From Eledone cirrhosa (taxonomy: Eukaryota), in contig OZ024742.1 of NCBI GenBank assembly GCA_964016885.1, forward strand, positions 141,422,001 through 141,486,000: DNA of 64,000 bases, written 5' to 3'. Each line of letters opens with the position of its first letter. Positions within the stretch are counted from its first letter, which is position 1. Of the stretch, positions 27,766-39,570 are shown in pieces. A model generated the notes under the pieces. It was not told where the DNA came from. It did no database searches and saw only the letters and a program-made list of their open reading frames with translations. The position numbers and the translations under genes were made by a program.

Positions 27766-28492
27766 TAAACATAGAGAGGGAGAGGGAAATAAGTAAAGAT
27801 AATTTGGGTGGCCAACAATGCAGTAGTGGTCACAGAGATTTTGAACGCAGGCAGGGGTGATCCAAGCGCGACGAAGGTCACTGGTATTGTGTCATAAGAG
27901 CCGATTGAGTATGGCACATGCGCACATGTGCCAATATCATCCTCCTAGACAGAATATATATATATAAATATATACATACATGATGGCTGAAAACTCTGCT
28001 AAGAGTATTGCAATTGTTTGGAGGATTATAGAGTTTGGTGCACTTTTAGGCTACAGCCAGCCACACAAACCTCTAACATATCCTGAACAAGCAAGGCCTG
28101 TGCTTTGAATGTTTTGTAAGTGGTGAAAGGCCTTGCACTCGACCAATCCTACTCTCTGAGCATCGAAAACACTTCTCGAAAAGGAGTAGTAGTCAACATC
28201 ATCGGATGCTTATGTGCCACAGGTTTTTTTTTTCAGAGTTTCCCTCTCCTAAAAAGGTGTCGTGACAACAACTGGGGGCCTTTCACTCCGACGTGGAAAA
28301 AAAGTATTATTTGGTTGGCCGTTGACTCCGCTGAGTTCCTCTGCCCTTTGCATTTCATCCTGCAGGGTGTCCAAATATCTCCCTCCTCATCAAGGAAGCT
28401 TGGTGGGGTTGCCGGTTTAGTCGCCGACGACCCAGCCATGAGACGGGTTGTACTAACTTACATGTTACCAGTAGCACTCGAGATACACACAC

Positions 28493-28560
<68 letters not shown>

Positions 28561-28589
28561 AAATGTGTGTAATCCTTGGTACAGTTAGG

Positions 28590-28838
28590 TATATTAAGAC
28601 AGGGGGGAAGAAAAAATGGCTTCACTTGTGCTTTCAACAAATTTATTTTCTTCACAAAATCCAAAAAGAATTTTTCTTAAAAAAAATTATTTTATAAATT
28701 AAGTTGTTGGTTGTTGGACCAACAACCAACAACTTAATTTATAAAATAATTTTTTTTAAGAAAAATTCTTTTTGGATTTTGTGAAGAAAATAAATTTGTT
28801 GAAAGCACAAGTGAAGCCATTTTTTCTTCCCCCCTGTC

Positions 28839-28846
<8 letters not shown>
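28590..28846. repeat. Apparently perfect 257-bp palindrome with a 1-nt spacer at 28718
   Basis: TATATTAAGACAGGGGGGAAG...TTGTTGG-A-CCAACAA...CTTCCCCCCTGTCTTAATATA. Confidence 0.93.
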
Positions 28847-28874
<28 letters not shown>

Positions 28875-28881
28875 TATAGAA

Positions 28882-28933
28882 AAGCTTCTGCAGGATAGAA
28901 CTGTTTCATTCGCGAGAAATCATCAGGAAGCTA
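28882..28933 (-). ncRNA. Type I hammerhead motif with a mutated cleavage triplet
   Basis: Reverse complement reads AGCTTC-CTGATGA-T-TTC-TCGC-GAA-T-GAAA-CAG-TTCTATC-CTG-CA-GAAGCT. The triplet is GCA instead of GUH. Confidence 0.6.
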
Positions 28934-29468
28934 ACTGTCCAAGTAAATGTGGTGGTATTTATATCTTTTCTGGTGGTAGGAGAGGGTGGGGATTGGGATG
29001 GGTGGATGTCATTGGTTGATGGATTTAAAGAAAAGGGAATTCATTGAAAGCTAATTCTTTAAAGATATAATTTATATTAAGAATGACAAAGGCAGAAAGA
29101 ATACTGTAAACAGGTTCAAATTGGAATACCAATCCTTGTTTATCTCTTAAACTAACAATGCCTGTAAGTCAGGTGTCTACAGGATGGGTGGGGTTCATTG
29201 GTTTAAAGAAAGGGGAATTCTTTAGAAGCTAATTCTTTAAAGCTTAAATTAGGGTGACAAAGGTAGAAAGAATTCTATAAACAGGTTCAAGTGTTGGGGT
29301 GCTTCCCCTTATTGTGAAGTTTCTCTTAATTTATATTCCAGGAGTCAACAATCACATTCACACATGCGATATATATATATATATATGTATGTAAAAGGTA
29401 AAGAGAAATAACAACACAATCGGTACAGTATATGGAAATATGAATATATATATATGTATGTGTATGTA

Positions 29469-29524
<56 letters not shown>

Positions 29525-29557
29525 GGCACATGTGCGCATGTGCCATCTTCGATTGGT

Positions 29558-29614
<57 letters not shown>

Positions 29615-29742
29615 AAAGTTTTATTTAAAATTGTTGGGTTACAACAAGTAAATATTTTATAACTAATATAAAGCACTCGACAAGTTTTTGGAGTAGATAT
29701 ACGATATTAAACAAATGGAAACTATATTTATAAAACCATATT

Positions 29743-29808
29743 TATTTCATTATACATATTTCAGGGATACCATATTAAAAATATGGCATGCCTTCGTCAG
29801 ATAAAATA
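29743..29808 (-). ncRNA. Minimal type I hammerhead in the PLE pseudo-LTR
   Basis: Reverse complement of 32218-32283. Confidence 0.75.
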
Positions 29809-32217
29809 CAATATATAAACAGTTTTATAAATAATTTTGACGTACCATAATATAAGCGACCATTAAATTAGGAAGCTGCCTGGGTAGTGATGTGTTTATA
29901 ATTATTTAGTTATAGTGTTAAGCACAGTTAGAAAAAAGACGGAGAGAAAGAAGAAACGGAGGTAAAGAAAAACAGAGAGAGAGAGGGGAGAGAGAAAAGA
30001 AAAGATATATAAATAGATAGGAGGAGGTGAAAAAAGAGAGGCAACCGAAAGCAACAGATAAATAATAATTCACCATACATATAGAGAAACTCAAGAGAGA
30101 GGGAGTACAATATATATAGAGAGAGGACAGTAATTATTTAGTTATAGTGTTAAGCACAGTTAGAGAAAAGACGGAGAGAAAGAAAAAAACGTAGATAAAG
30201 AAAAAAACGGAGAGAGAGAGAGGGGGGAGGAAAAGAAAGAGAGAGAGAAAGTATAACTAGATAGGGGGAAGTGAAAAAGAAACAAGAGAGAAATAAGAGA
30301 GAAATAAGAGAGGCAAAACTAAAGCAACAGATACATAATACTTCATCATACATAAAGATAAGCATAAGAGAGAGGAGAAAGAGCTATATATAGAGAGAAG
30401 GATACAGTTACATCTTTACGTCATGTCATATCAATTTGAATTATCAATTCATATGAAATGGATAATAGAATGTAAATATCAATATTCATGAATGAGACAT
30501 AGATATATAATATGAGAAAATAACTTTGTTCAATAATGACCATATGTTTAGTTTAAAACTCTGAGGTCAATGTACCAAAATCTGAGATAAACCTTCAAAA
30601 ATTACCCTATTTATAAAAATACGGAAATATATATGTATATATATATACACGTATATGTACTTTCTGAAAAAAGAAAAAGAGAAAGTTATGTCTAACTCTA
30701 GTCAATAATATAGACATACACATGACTTCACCTGATCAACTCTATAATTTCTTGTGTCATAAAAAGAATTTCTTGTGTTATAAAAAAAAAAAAAAAAAAA
30801 TTTCACTATATATATACATAAAAAAATATACGATTAATATTCATGTCCTCACATATATGATTACCGTTCATGTATTTAATATTATGCATATCTGTAACAT
30901 ATACAGAACCATACCCATATATATATATATATATGTATATACAAGATATCTGCGTGAGTTTTCCAGCATCTCTATGTACACATACAGACACATGAACACA
31001 TAAAATAAACTCTATAAGCCTTCTATATGCATGTTAATACACATATGGCCTTTGTATAGAGACAATCAAATATCAATATATCAGCACAGAAACATCAAAA
31101 CACTAAAATATTTTCAACACACTATAGAGTATCTCAGGCCAAAAAACAATATGCTTCATATATTTACTACAGAAATCCATCCTTCCTATTTTTCAGACAA
31201 TATATTGCAAAGTCATTTAGAAGCTATCAGAGTCAAAAAAGCAAATAAAAACAAAAATTATTTAACAAAAGTTATTTAAAAGATTTAGAAGACCCAGTGA
31301 TTCTACGGATGCCCTTATATTTAGTATAGAAATTTATCTTGCGTAGAATTTATTTAATACATTGGGAGCATATACATTTTAGAGTAGTTTAATTACATCT
31401 TTGTTTATATTTATGAAGAAGGTTTAAAAAGAAAAAGGTGAAGGAATCAAAGGATTTATCGTCAGGTTTCATATATTAACTAAATTTCTTAATTAATTAT
31501 ACTACATTTTAAATTTATATTTATATTTAAACGTTGAGTTCAATCTATGTCTGCAGCAACTGAATAAATTGCTCCTTAAATTAAGGGAATTTTTGGACTT
31601 TAATATAAAGAATATCTCCTCCACACAGAGATCACATGTCTCTGATGAGGAATTAAAAGGAATCCCTCTTGAGACAATATTCCAAAACATCGAATACTCA
31701 ACATTATCTCGTTTAAGTTGCCAGAGTAGGCTTGATAGCGAAGTTGAGGGTTTTTTGTTTGGATCTGTGAAAGAATTCTTATGATTATTGAAGCGAAGTT
31801 TAAATTCTGTCGAGGTTGAACCAACATAGTTGAAAGAATTTAAGTTAGTTTTAACATTACAATTGTATACTACATTTTTAACTAAGCAATTGTTATTTAA
31901 CAGACAGTTAGATTTATTTATACAGTTACAGTTATTTAATTGAATATTGTTTGGGTTATTATTGGTATTTTGGTTAGGTTTTAAATTCCTTTTATTAATT
32001 CTGTTAATATTTTGTGCTAAATTTTTGGTGGACGAGTAAGTTAATTTTATAGTATGTCTATTAAAAATTGAGTGATATTTATGTGTTCTAGGGAAGCATT
32101 TGTCAAGAGCATTAAAGAATAGTTTAGCAATATGGGTTTTATCCAGGCAGCTTCCTAATTTAATGGTCGCTTATATTATGGTACGTCAAAATTATTTATA
32201 AAACTGTTTATATATTG

Positions 32218-32283
32218 TATTTTATCTGACGAAGGCATGCCATATTTTTAATATGGTATCCCTGAAATATGTATAATGAAATA
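32218..32283 (+). ncRNA. Minimal type I hammerhead in the inverted PLE pseudo-LTR
   Basis: Stem I TATTTTAT/ATGAAATA, CTGACGA (32226-32232), stem II AGG..ATGCCATATT/AATATGGTAT..CCT, GAAA, near-palindromic stem III ATATGTAT, triplet ATA. Confidence 0.75.
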
Positions 32284-32335
32284 AATATGGTTTTATAAAT
32301 ATAGTTTCCATTTGTTTAATATCGTATATATATAT

Positions 32336-33327
32336 AAGAGCCGATCGAAGATGGCCAATAAAATCTGGCAGCTTAAGGATACAAACCAAGAATACAGGAT
32401 TAGCTGGTCGAAAGTTATTGGGAGCAAAAGGCCTACAATAATGGAATGTCCCACTGCGGACTTTGCAATATGGAGTTGTTCCATATTTTAAAGTATGACA
32501 AAATGCTGCTTAACAGCAAAATAGAATGGTCAATTTTCTCTAGACACAAAGCAGCTACAAAATTCGCAAATTTCAAACCAGCATGATTCGATCCAACAAT
32601 CCCATGATTCAAGCTAAACCACTTAGAGTCTATTATAACAACCCACTATTATTAACTGTCAATAGACCAACTAATCACTAAATTAACATCATAATCTCCT
32701 AATCTTTCTTTCTTTCACTCTCTATCCTTAAAACTATTTCACCTATTCCATTATATCCTATCGTGTTCTCTTCACCTCTCACCTAACTTCTAATTTATTA
32801 ATTTAGCTTTTATATATTATTTATCATTATATTCTTTCTTCCTACTATAACCCTCTGTGATTTAACCAATACATATGTATATATTTAATATTTTCATATT
32901 AATAGTATTTATACCCTCATCACATCTTTATACTTACACACCACTATAACTTTAACCACCATCACCACTATTTTCAATATTATGTTCATTTTTTTCACAT
33001 ATATATATTTTTATTTTTTATCATCTTCATTCTAACTTTTTTATTATTATTTATTATTTTTTCTTTTTCTTTTTCTTTCTCTCTTTTCTTTTTCTTTTCT
33101 TTCTTTATTATTGATGTTGTTATTTGAATTCTCCTACTATATTACAAACGTCGTGTGTAATTTTTGTCAGTTATTCTGATGATTTGATTAGGCATACATT
33201 GTATTTAAGATTGAGTGACAACACTTCAAGTGTTTAGCAATCTTTAGACACCCTAATCAATGAAACAATTGTTAATACTGTAAATAAAACCCTTTTTGAA
33301 CTGTTGACCATGTTATTCTTCACTCTT

Positions 33328-33330
<3 letters not shown>
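32336..33330 (+). mobile_element. Penelope-like element 3' fragment (end of GIY-YIG, 3'UTR, pseudo-LTR)
   Basis: MANKIWQLKD..YRISW, CGLCNMELFHI, LLNSKIE..SRHK are homologous to the other PLE endonuclease C-termini. A hammerhead lies downstream. Confidence 0.8.
33168..33280 (+). ncRNA. Type I hammerhead with long stem II
   Basis: Stem I CAGTTATT/AATACTG, CTGATGA (33176-33182), stem II TTGATTAGG/CCTAATCAA enclosing ~59 nt, GAAA, palindromic stem III ACAATTGT, triplet GTT. Confidence 0.8.
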
Positions 33331-33403
<73 letters not shown>

Positions 33404-34002
33404 CAGAAAGTTCGTGGATCGTGGTTCTTTGACTGCCTCCCCGCTTTCTCACCGACGAGGTGCCTCTGATATCTCCACCCTGGCAGCACCTCTGACTCCA
33501 GTCCCGTATTGGGAGCGACACTCATCCCACACGCACCCGTCGTAGCCCGGACGCTACATTATTATTACTATGCCTTTATCCTAATATCCCCCTTTTCACC
33601 ACACCCTCCTTATTATTATAATTCTTGCTATTATTCTTGTTATTTTTCATGTATCTATAAATACTAGAACACTGTACCATACACGCAAATCAGTATTTTG
33701 AAAATTTGTCAATTGTAATTAAAATAGAGTGACGTAGCATTTTGCGAACAGCGGTTTTTAGACACACCAGACTAATGAAACATATACAAATACTTTGAAT
33801 AAACCGTATTGTACAGCCGATCCGTGTTATTGTTCCAGAAACAGCTTACCTAGGAACTAACTGTCTTGAATCGACCACCCGGACACCACAACTAAGTAAA
33901 CTTCTTGTTGAGTCAAAGAACGCCGAACGTTAAAACCATCCTCGTAAACTCATAACCTCTACATGGATTGCTTTAAACGATACCTCGTTAACTTAAATAT
34001 AT

Positions 34003-34275
34003 TTATGTATATATATATATATATGTATATATGTGTGTGTATGTATGTGTATATATATATGTGTGTGTGTGTGTATATATATATGTGTGTGTGTGTATGT
34101 GTATATATATATATGTGTGTGTGTATGTGTATGTATGTGTATATATATATGTGTGTGTGTGTATGTGTATGTATGTGTATATATATATGTGTGTGTGTGT
34201 ATGTATGTATGTGTATATATATATGTGTGTATGTATGTGTATATATATATGTGTGTGTGTGTACGTATGTATGTG

Positions 34276-34324
<49 letters not shown>

Positions 34325-34361
34325 GTATATATATATATGTGTGTGTGTATGTATGTATGTG

Positions 34362-34444
<83 letters not shown>

Positions 34445-34460
34445 ATGTATGTATGTGTAT

Positions 34461-34512
<52 letters not shown>

Positions 34513-34528
34513 ATGTATGTATGTGTAT

Positions 34529-34568
<40 letters not shown>
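34003..34568. repeat. Compound (TA)n/(TG)n/(TATG)n microsatellite
   Basis: Read directly from the sequence. Confidence 0.96.
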
Positions 34569-34570
<2 letters not shown>

Positions 34571-35221
34571 TAGATTGAGTTAGAAACTGAAAATAGTCTT
34601 TTACAATTAAATAGGTCAAAGAAGAGAATCTTTCCGAGCCGTGTAATATAATTGAATATATGGTCATTTGCAATTTGAACACATGTATAATTGAATCGGT
34701 GTTCATCCCTCTCATATATTCAATTGTATTACACGGCTCGGAAAGACTCCCTTATTTGAGCTATTTATTTAATTGTAAAAGACTATTTTGAGTTTCTAAC
34801 TCAATCTATGATATTCTCGGCTCCATATGTAGAGCTAACTTTAGTCTCATAAAACCTGCTGCTATTTTTAGCGGCATAAGTATGAGACGCGCTAGGCGCT
34901 GCAACATGTGCTTTTATATCAGCATATCGTTCAGTCTTCTTAGATCTTTTGAAGTGAAAGGTACGAATTTCCTGATACCCACAGAAGAGCACAGGAATGG
35001 TGGCTTTCACTTAATAATTCTTGCGGAACAGATTTAGATCTGTCCGGGTATCAAAGGCTGTTGCCCGATATAGGTTTGTTATTTTTATTGATTTATTACT
35101 TTAAATCAAGTCAGGCAAACCATATTGTTTTAAATTAGTATTTTTTCAACCTAGCTAACTTGGTCATTTGCAATTGGAACACATGTATACTTATATCGGT
35201 GTTCATCCCTCTCATATATTC

Positions 35222-35228
<7 letters not shown>
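34568..35228 (+). mobile_element. Retrozyme/PLE-like non-coding repeat: 500-nt unit with terminal redundancy and a short inverted 5' piece
   Basis: TGGTCATTTGCAATT.GAACACATG occurs at 34661 and again at 35161. 34568-34660 is an inverted copy of part of the unit. Homologous to 8865-9712. Confidence 0.8.
34974..35052 (+). ncRNA. Hammerhead-like motif, variant core (CAGAAGA, GGAA)
   Basis: GATACCCA-CAGAAGA-GCACAGGAAT..ATTCTTGC-GGAA-CAGAT-TTAG-ATCTGT-C-CGGGTATC. Confidence 0.55.
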
Positions 35229-35267
<39 letters not shown>

Positions 35268-35290
35268 ATATATATATATATGTATATGTA

Positions 35291-35362
<72 letters not shown>

Positions 35363-35854
35363 CAATAGATTAAAGTTTAAGCAAAGAATCGCTGCTTTCA
35401 CTCTTACGGGATCTTTAGAAGATCCCGTTAAGGGTGAAAGCAGCGATTTTCTTAAAGAAAGCTATCATAACCTTCTCTGGTAATCCTATACTGGATGGAA
35501 AAAGGGGCTACGAGAGCTACGTCATATATCGAGACTTTATATGTAATAATTATGAGGTTTGACCATCAGTAAAATATTAATTGTAAAACCTTGAATCCCA
35601 GAGATGTATACCGGACTTGTGTTTAGTCTTGTCTACGTATCAAAAACATACGCCAGAATAATGATATCGCAGTTCTTCCTGGATGTAATAGAATATGTAT
35701 CAAAACTGCAATTGTTAGAAGAATAACTATTATTATTGTTGGTTTTCTTCATGTTATTGTTCATGTAGTAATTGACAGTTTAAATATTTTATTATTGATT
35801 TCAATCTTGTTGATTCAATTATTGATAATCTTAATGGTGTTGAGTTGGTTTCTT

Positions 35855-36440
35855 GCTGTTATCATTCCTCTAACCCTTTCAAATTGCTGGCCTTGTGCCA
35901 AATGTAGAAGCAATTATTAAGGTAGCGGATTGGCAGAATTGTTAGGGCGTCAAACGAAGTGCTTTCATTAGACCCTTAACGTCTTGTGTTCAAACCCCAC
36001 CATGATCAACTTTGCCTTTCATTCTTTCGGAGTCGATAAAATCAAGTACCACTAACGCACTGGAGTCGACTTTTCCCTCCTCTCAAATAGCTGGTCTTGT
36101 ACCTAATTTAGAAGCCATTAGTCGATAAAATAAATTACCAGTCACTCACTGGGTCCTATGTAAACAACTTTCCCCTCCCCCAAAATTACTACCCTTGTGC
36201 CTAAAGTTAAATCACTATTTAAGGGCAGTAAATTGGCAGTATCTGTAGAGCCTCGGACAACATGCTTTATAGTATATAGTTTACGTTCTAAGTTCAAATC
36301 TACCGAGTCAGCTTTGTCCTTCATCCTTACAGGATCGATAAAATAAAGTACTAGTAATGCATTGGGATCGATTTAATTAACTTTCTCTTTTCCCAAAAGT
36401 GTTGATCTTGTGCCTAAATCGAAAACCATTATTATTATTC
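35855..36440 (+). mobile_element. Tandem cluster of tRNA-derived SINE copies
   Basis: Two full heads (GGTAGCGGATTGGCAGAAT at about 35921; GGCAGTAAATTGGCAGTAT at about 36224) with GTTCAAA B-boxes and CTTGTGCCTAAA tails, plus partial units. Confidence 0.8.
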
Positions 36441-36489
36441 ATTTGTGATGATCTTATTAACACTGAATCATTTAATTGACTCCTATTAA

Positions 36490-37185
36490 GTTATGTAACC
36501 TCAACTAGACAGTACTTTTCACAGGATATTTGCTGTTCCCAAAAGTGTTGTTTTTGTAATGGTGTAATGCTGGGACTGATCCCAATTCTATCAAGGTTCT
36601 TATGGAAATTTTCTGTCACCAACTTAAGTGCTCTAAGCACAATTGATACCACTCTTGTTTTCATATTTCACCTTCTCTCCACATCTGTTCTGAAGTCTGC
36701 ATACTTTATGATTTTCTTGTGTTCTTTACCATTGATGTAATAGTCTCCTGAGCAACCTACATCGATCGACAAACACCTCCTTTCAGTGCTATTCTGTACC
36801 AAAGTTATGTCTGGCTCTGTATTTTCAAGACCTCTATCTGCCTGGATTGTAAATTCCCACAAGAGTTTCACAGTCTGATTTTATAGGACCTTCTTTAGTT
36901 TGTTCTGATATCATTTCTCAGTGTTTGCAAACCCATATTTCCTGCATAAAGACCAATGGAGGTGTAAAAACACACTTTATCATGAGGTCTTTTATATCCC
37001 TCCGCGCAAGCATGTCACAGTCATCCACGATGTGTAAGTGCCTACACATAACCTACACATATTTGTTTCATCTGGGTTATAGTGTTTAGTGCTTCATCTT
37101 GAGCAGCTATTAATAAACTTCTTGTGTCTCTCATAACATCACCTTTTATCAACTAATTCCATGATGATCCTTCTGTGGTGAATAG
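36490..37185 (-). mobile_element. R4-clade retrotransposon RLE fragment
   Basis: ORF 36668-36871 (KLLWEFTIQADR..PDI..CLSIDV..KIIKYADF), with upstream IAAQDEAL and downstream LLGTANIL motifs. Confidence 0.8.
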
Positions 37186-37367
37186 ATATCTGTAGACTTC
37201 TTCCTGTTTTAGTTTCCTAATTACTGTATTCACATCTATTTGTGCTTGTCATTCTGCCTTTCTTGAATGTTGCATTGGCGCATTTGTTCATCCCCACATC
37301 ATCGCTGAACACCTTGACTGTCTACTGTAGTTCTTCCTATTCGCTGTCATTTTTTGGCATACAGCTT

Positions 37368-37495
37368 TAAGTACGGTGGATTGGCAGAATCGGTAGAGCG
37401 TCAGACACGATGCTTTGCAGCATGGAGTTATGGCCCTTTACGTTCTAAGTTCAACTCCCGCCGAGGCTCGCTCTGCCTAAATTAGAAACCATTAT
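37368..37495 (+). mobile_element. tRNA-derived SINE fragment
   Basis: GGTGGATTGGCAGAATCGGTAGAGCG..GTTCTAAGTTCAACTCCCGCCGAGG. Confidence 0.75.
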
Positions 37496-39319
37496 TGCTC
37501 TTGGTGATAATGGTATTTGCTATAGAGGTTTACAGTATTGCAGTTATTGCTTTTGCTGCTGCGACTCTAAGTGCTGCTGTCTTTAGCAGAAATATTAAAA
37601 AAATTTACATGCAAAATAATTTATTGGTTTTGTTGGTGATAATGTCCATGTTGATCATGATAATGATGATAGAGTTGCTTCCATTGTTATTGTTGTTATT
37701 ATTGTTGTTGCTGTTGTTATTGCTGATGACACATTTCGTGTGTTAATAAAGCTTACTTGCTGTAATCTGCCGTTAATTCATGCTTAACGTCAAAATCCAG
37801 AATGAGGTTACATGTTAGAAAAGGTGGATCAGTAAAAAAAAAAATCATTGAAAAACAAATGTAAAAATCAAGGGAAAATAAAATAAAAGGAAAAAAATCC
37901 CATGAAATATAATAAATATAAAGAATAAATGAAAGAAAGAGATGTAATTGACAGGATGAATGAATATCTTAAAATATATATGAGATGGAGGGGCTTGTTA
38001 TCTAGGAGTTCTTTTGTCAGGCAACGGTTAGTTGAAAGCAGTAAATTACAAAGTTAGCAGCGTTATATACGTTCATAGCTAGGTGGTGGATTGGCAGAAT
38101 CGTTAGATCGTCAGGCAAAGTGTATTAGTAGTAGTAGTAGTAGTAGCAGCAGCAGCAGTAGTTAGGCCTCTGCAAAGCTGGTAGTAGGCCCAAGCCAGAC
38201 GTGACTTGTAGACCCCAAACTGGTCATTAAGTATTTTAGTAATCAGTATTAAATCTATATTACTTATGAATGGTTTACGGGTATGTACACGGAGTGAGTG
38301 CACATGATGAACTCAGAACAGAATAAAAGAACTAGAACTTAAGGGTAAGAGCCTCCCCACCTCAAAATCGGAGGTCCGCGTCAAAAAGCCTCCTTGGCTT
38401 CATTCTACTCAGGTCTGGTTATAGTAGAAGTGGTACAAAAATATCGGGAATAGGAAAAATTATCAGAGCCGCAGAGAGAACTTAGAGCAACATTATACCT
38501 TTTGGGTAGGTAGATGGTTCTTATTACCCGGAAATCTGCTGAAACCGATAGATGATACCAAGGTACAACTAGTATATATTCTTATCGATTTTAGGTGGAT
38601 GAAAAGCAATATCAGTCCAAGGGGATAATGGAAGTAAAGCTGAGAAGCCCCAAACCCTGTACAAAAAAAGCGTCTTACCCAAATCTAATTTGTGTCCTAT
38701 AATGATATAGATTATGACACAAATTTGTTCTGTTATATTTAACTCTTGTTTGCAGATGTGGATTAGAAATAGAGCATAGTTCACAAAGAAGTTAAAACAA
38801 AATGTTAACGTTTTGATACTAAGACATCTGAAATTGACCCTACAACACAAAGCTGTTAATTTTAAAATGATTATATTTATCTAAAACCTTTCCATCATAA
38901 TGGAGTTATGTTCAAAACACCAGCTTAATAATGAAAAAGTTATATTACTAAATCCATGCAAATTCCTGATTATTTTCAAAATTGATCTATAAGTCATAAG
39001 TGGAGTTTTTCATTGGAGATATGTTAACAAAAGGGTTAAAATAGTGAACTATCTAACAACGAGATGTTTTTTTTTTTTATTATCAAATAAAAATTATCAG
39101 TACCCAGCTTTTATCCAAATATCTTTCGTTGAATTTCTTAACGTTCGTAGGAGAATGTTTTTTTAGCGTTCAGTCTGGGAGGGAAAGGCAGTTGTATATG
39201 GTCATTTTGAGAAATTCTAAGGAAGATGTCCTGAAATCGGAAACCATGTCCCCAACAAAGTTGACTCCTCTAAAGGTAGACCAGTTGTTTGTGTTAAGCC
39301 GCACGATAGATTAAATCTA

Positions 39320-39570
39320 CCAATCATGTAGGTCACAAAGAGATTTGAACTCAAATGTAAAGAGACAGAAGATATTTTCTGGGCATCGCATTTAGCTCTA
39401 ACAATTCCACCAAACCACCACCCAGGAATGGTATTTTATTTTGTCGACATCAAAAAAGAAGAAAGGCAAAGTTGATTTCAGCAGGATTTGAACACAGGTT
39501 GCAAATAGCAAGAACATAGAGTGCAAGGTATTTTTTCTTCCACTTTAATGACTGCCAAATCGCCATCCCA
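39320..39570 (-). mobile_element. Degenerate SINE fragments
   Basis: ATTTGAACTCA and AAAGGCAAAGTTGATTTCAGCAGGATTTGAAC match the SINE family at 26.3-27.1 kb. Confidence 0.6.

Larger units (their letters stand above)
29640..32330 (-). mobile_element. 5'-truncated Penelope-like element with inverted pseudo-LTR copy
   Basis: ORF remnant 31502-32142 (minus): THIAKLFFNALDKCFP..IFNRHTIKLTYSST, CNCINKSNCL, VVYNC..YVGST, CDLCVEE..CCRH. Segments 29697-29884 and 32143-32330 are ~190-bp inverted repeats. Confidence 0.88.

Noticed and set aside
28120-28480. GC-richer segment with a minus-strand ORF MAGSSATKP..
   Set aside because: It may be the 5' end of a LINE ORF1, but has no diagnostic motif.
33398-33990. 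Possible solo LTR fragments (TG..CA, AATAAA)
   Set aside because: There is no second LTR, PBS, PPT or TSD.
33959-34715. Long ORFs made of YI/CV/HT repeats (also at 5.2, 13.1, 27.4, 41.4 and 46.9-48.3 kb)
   Set aside because: They are translations of TA/CA microsatellites, not genes.
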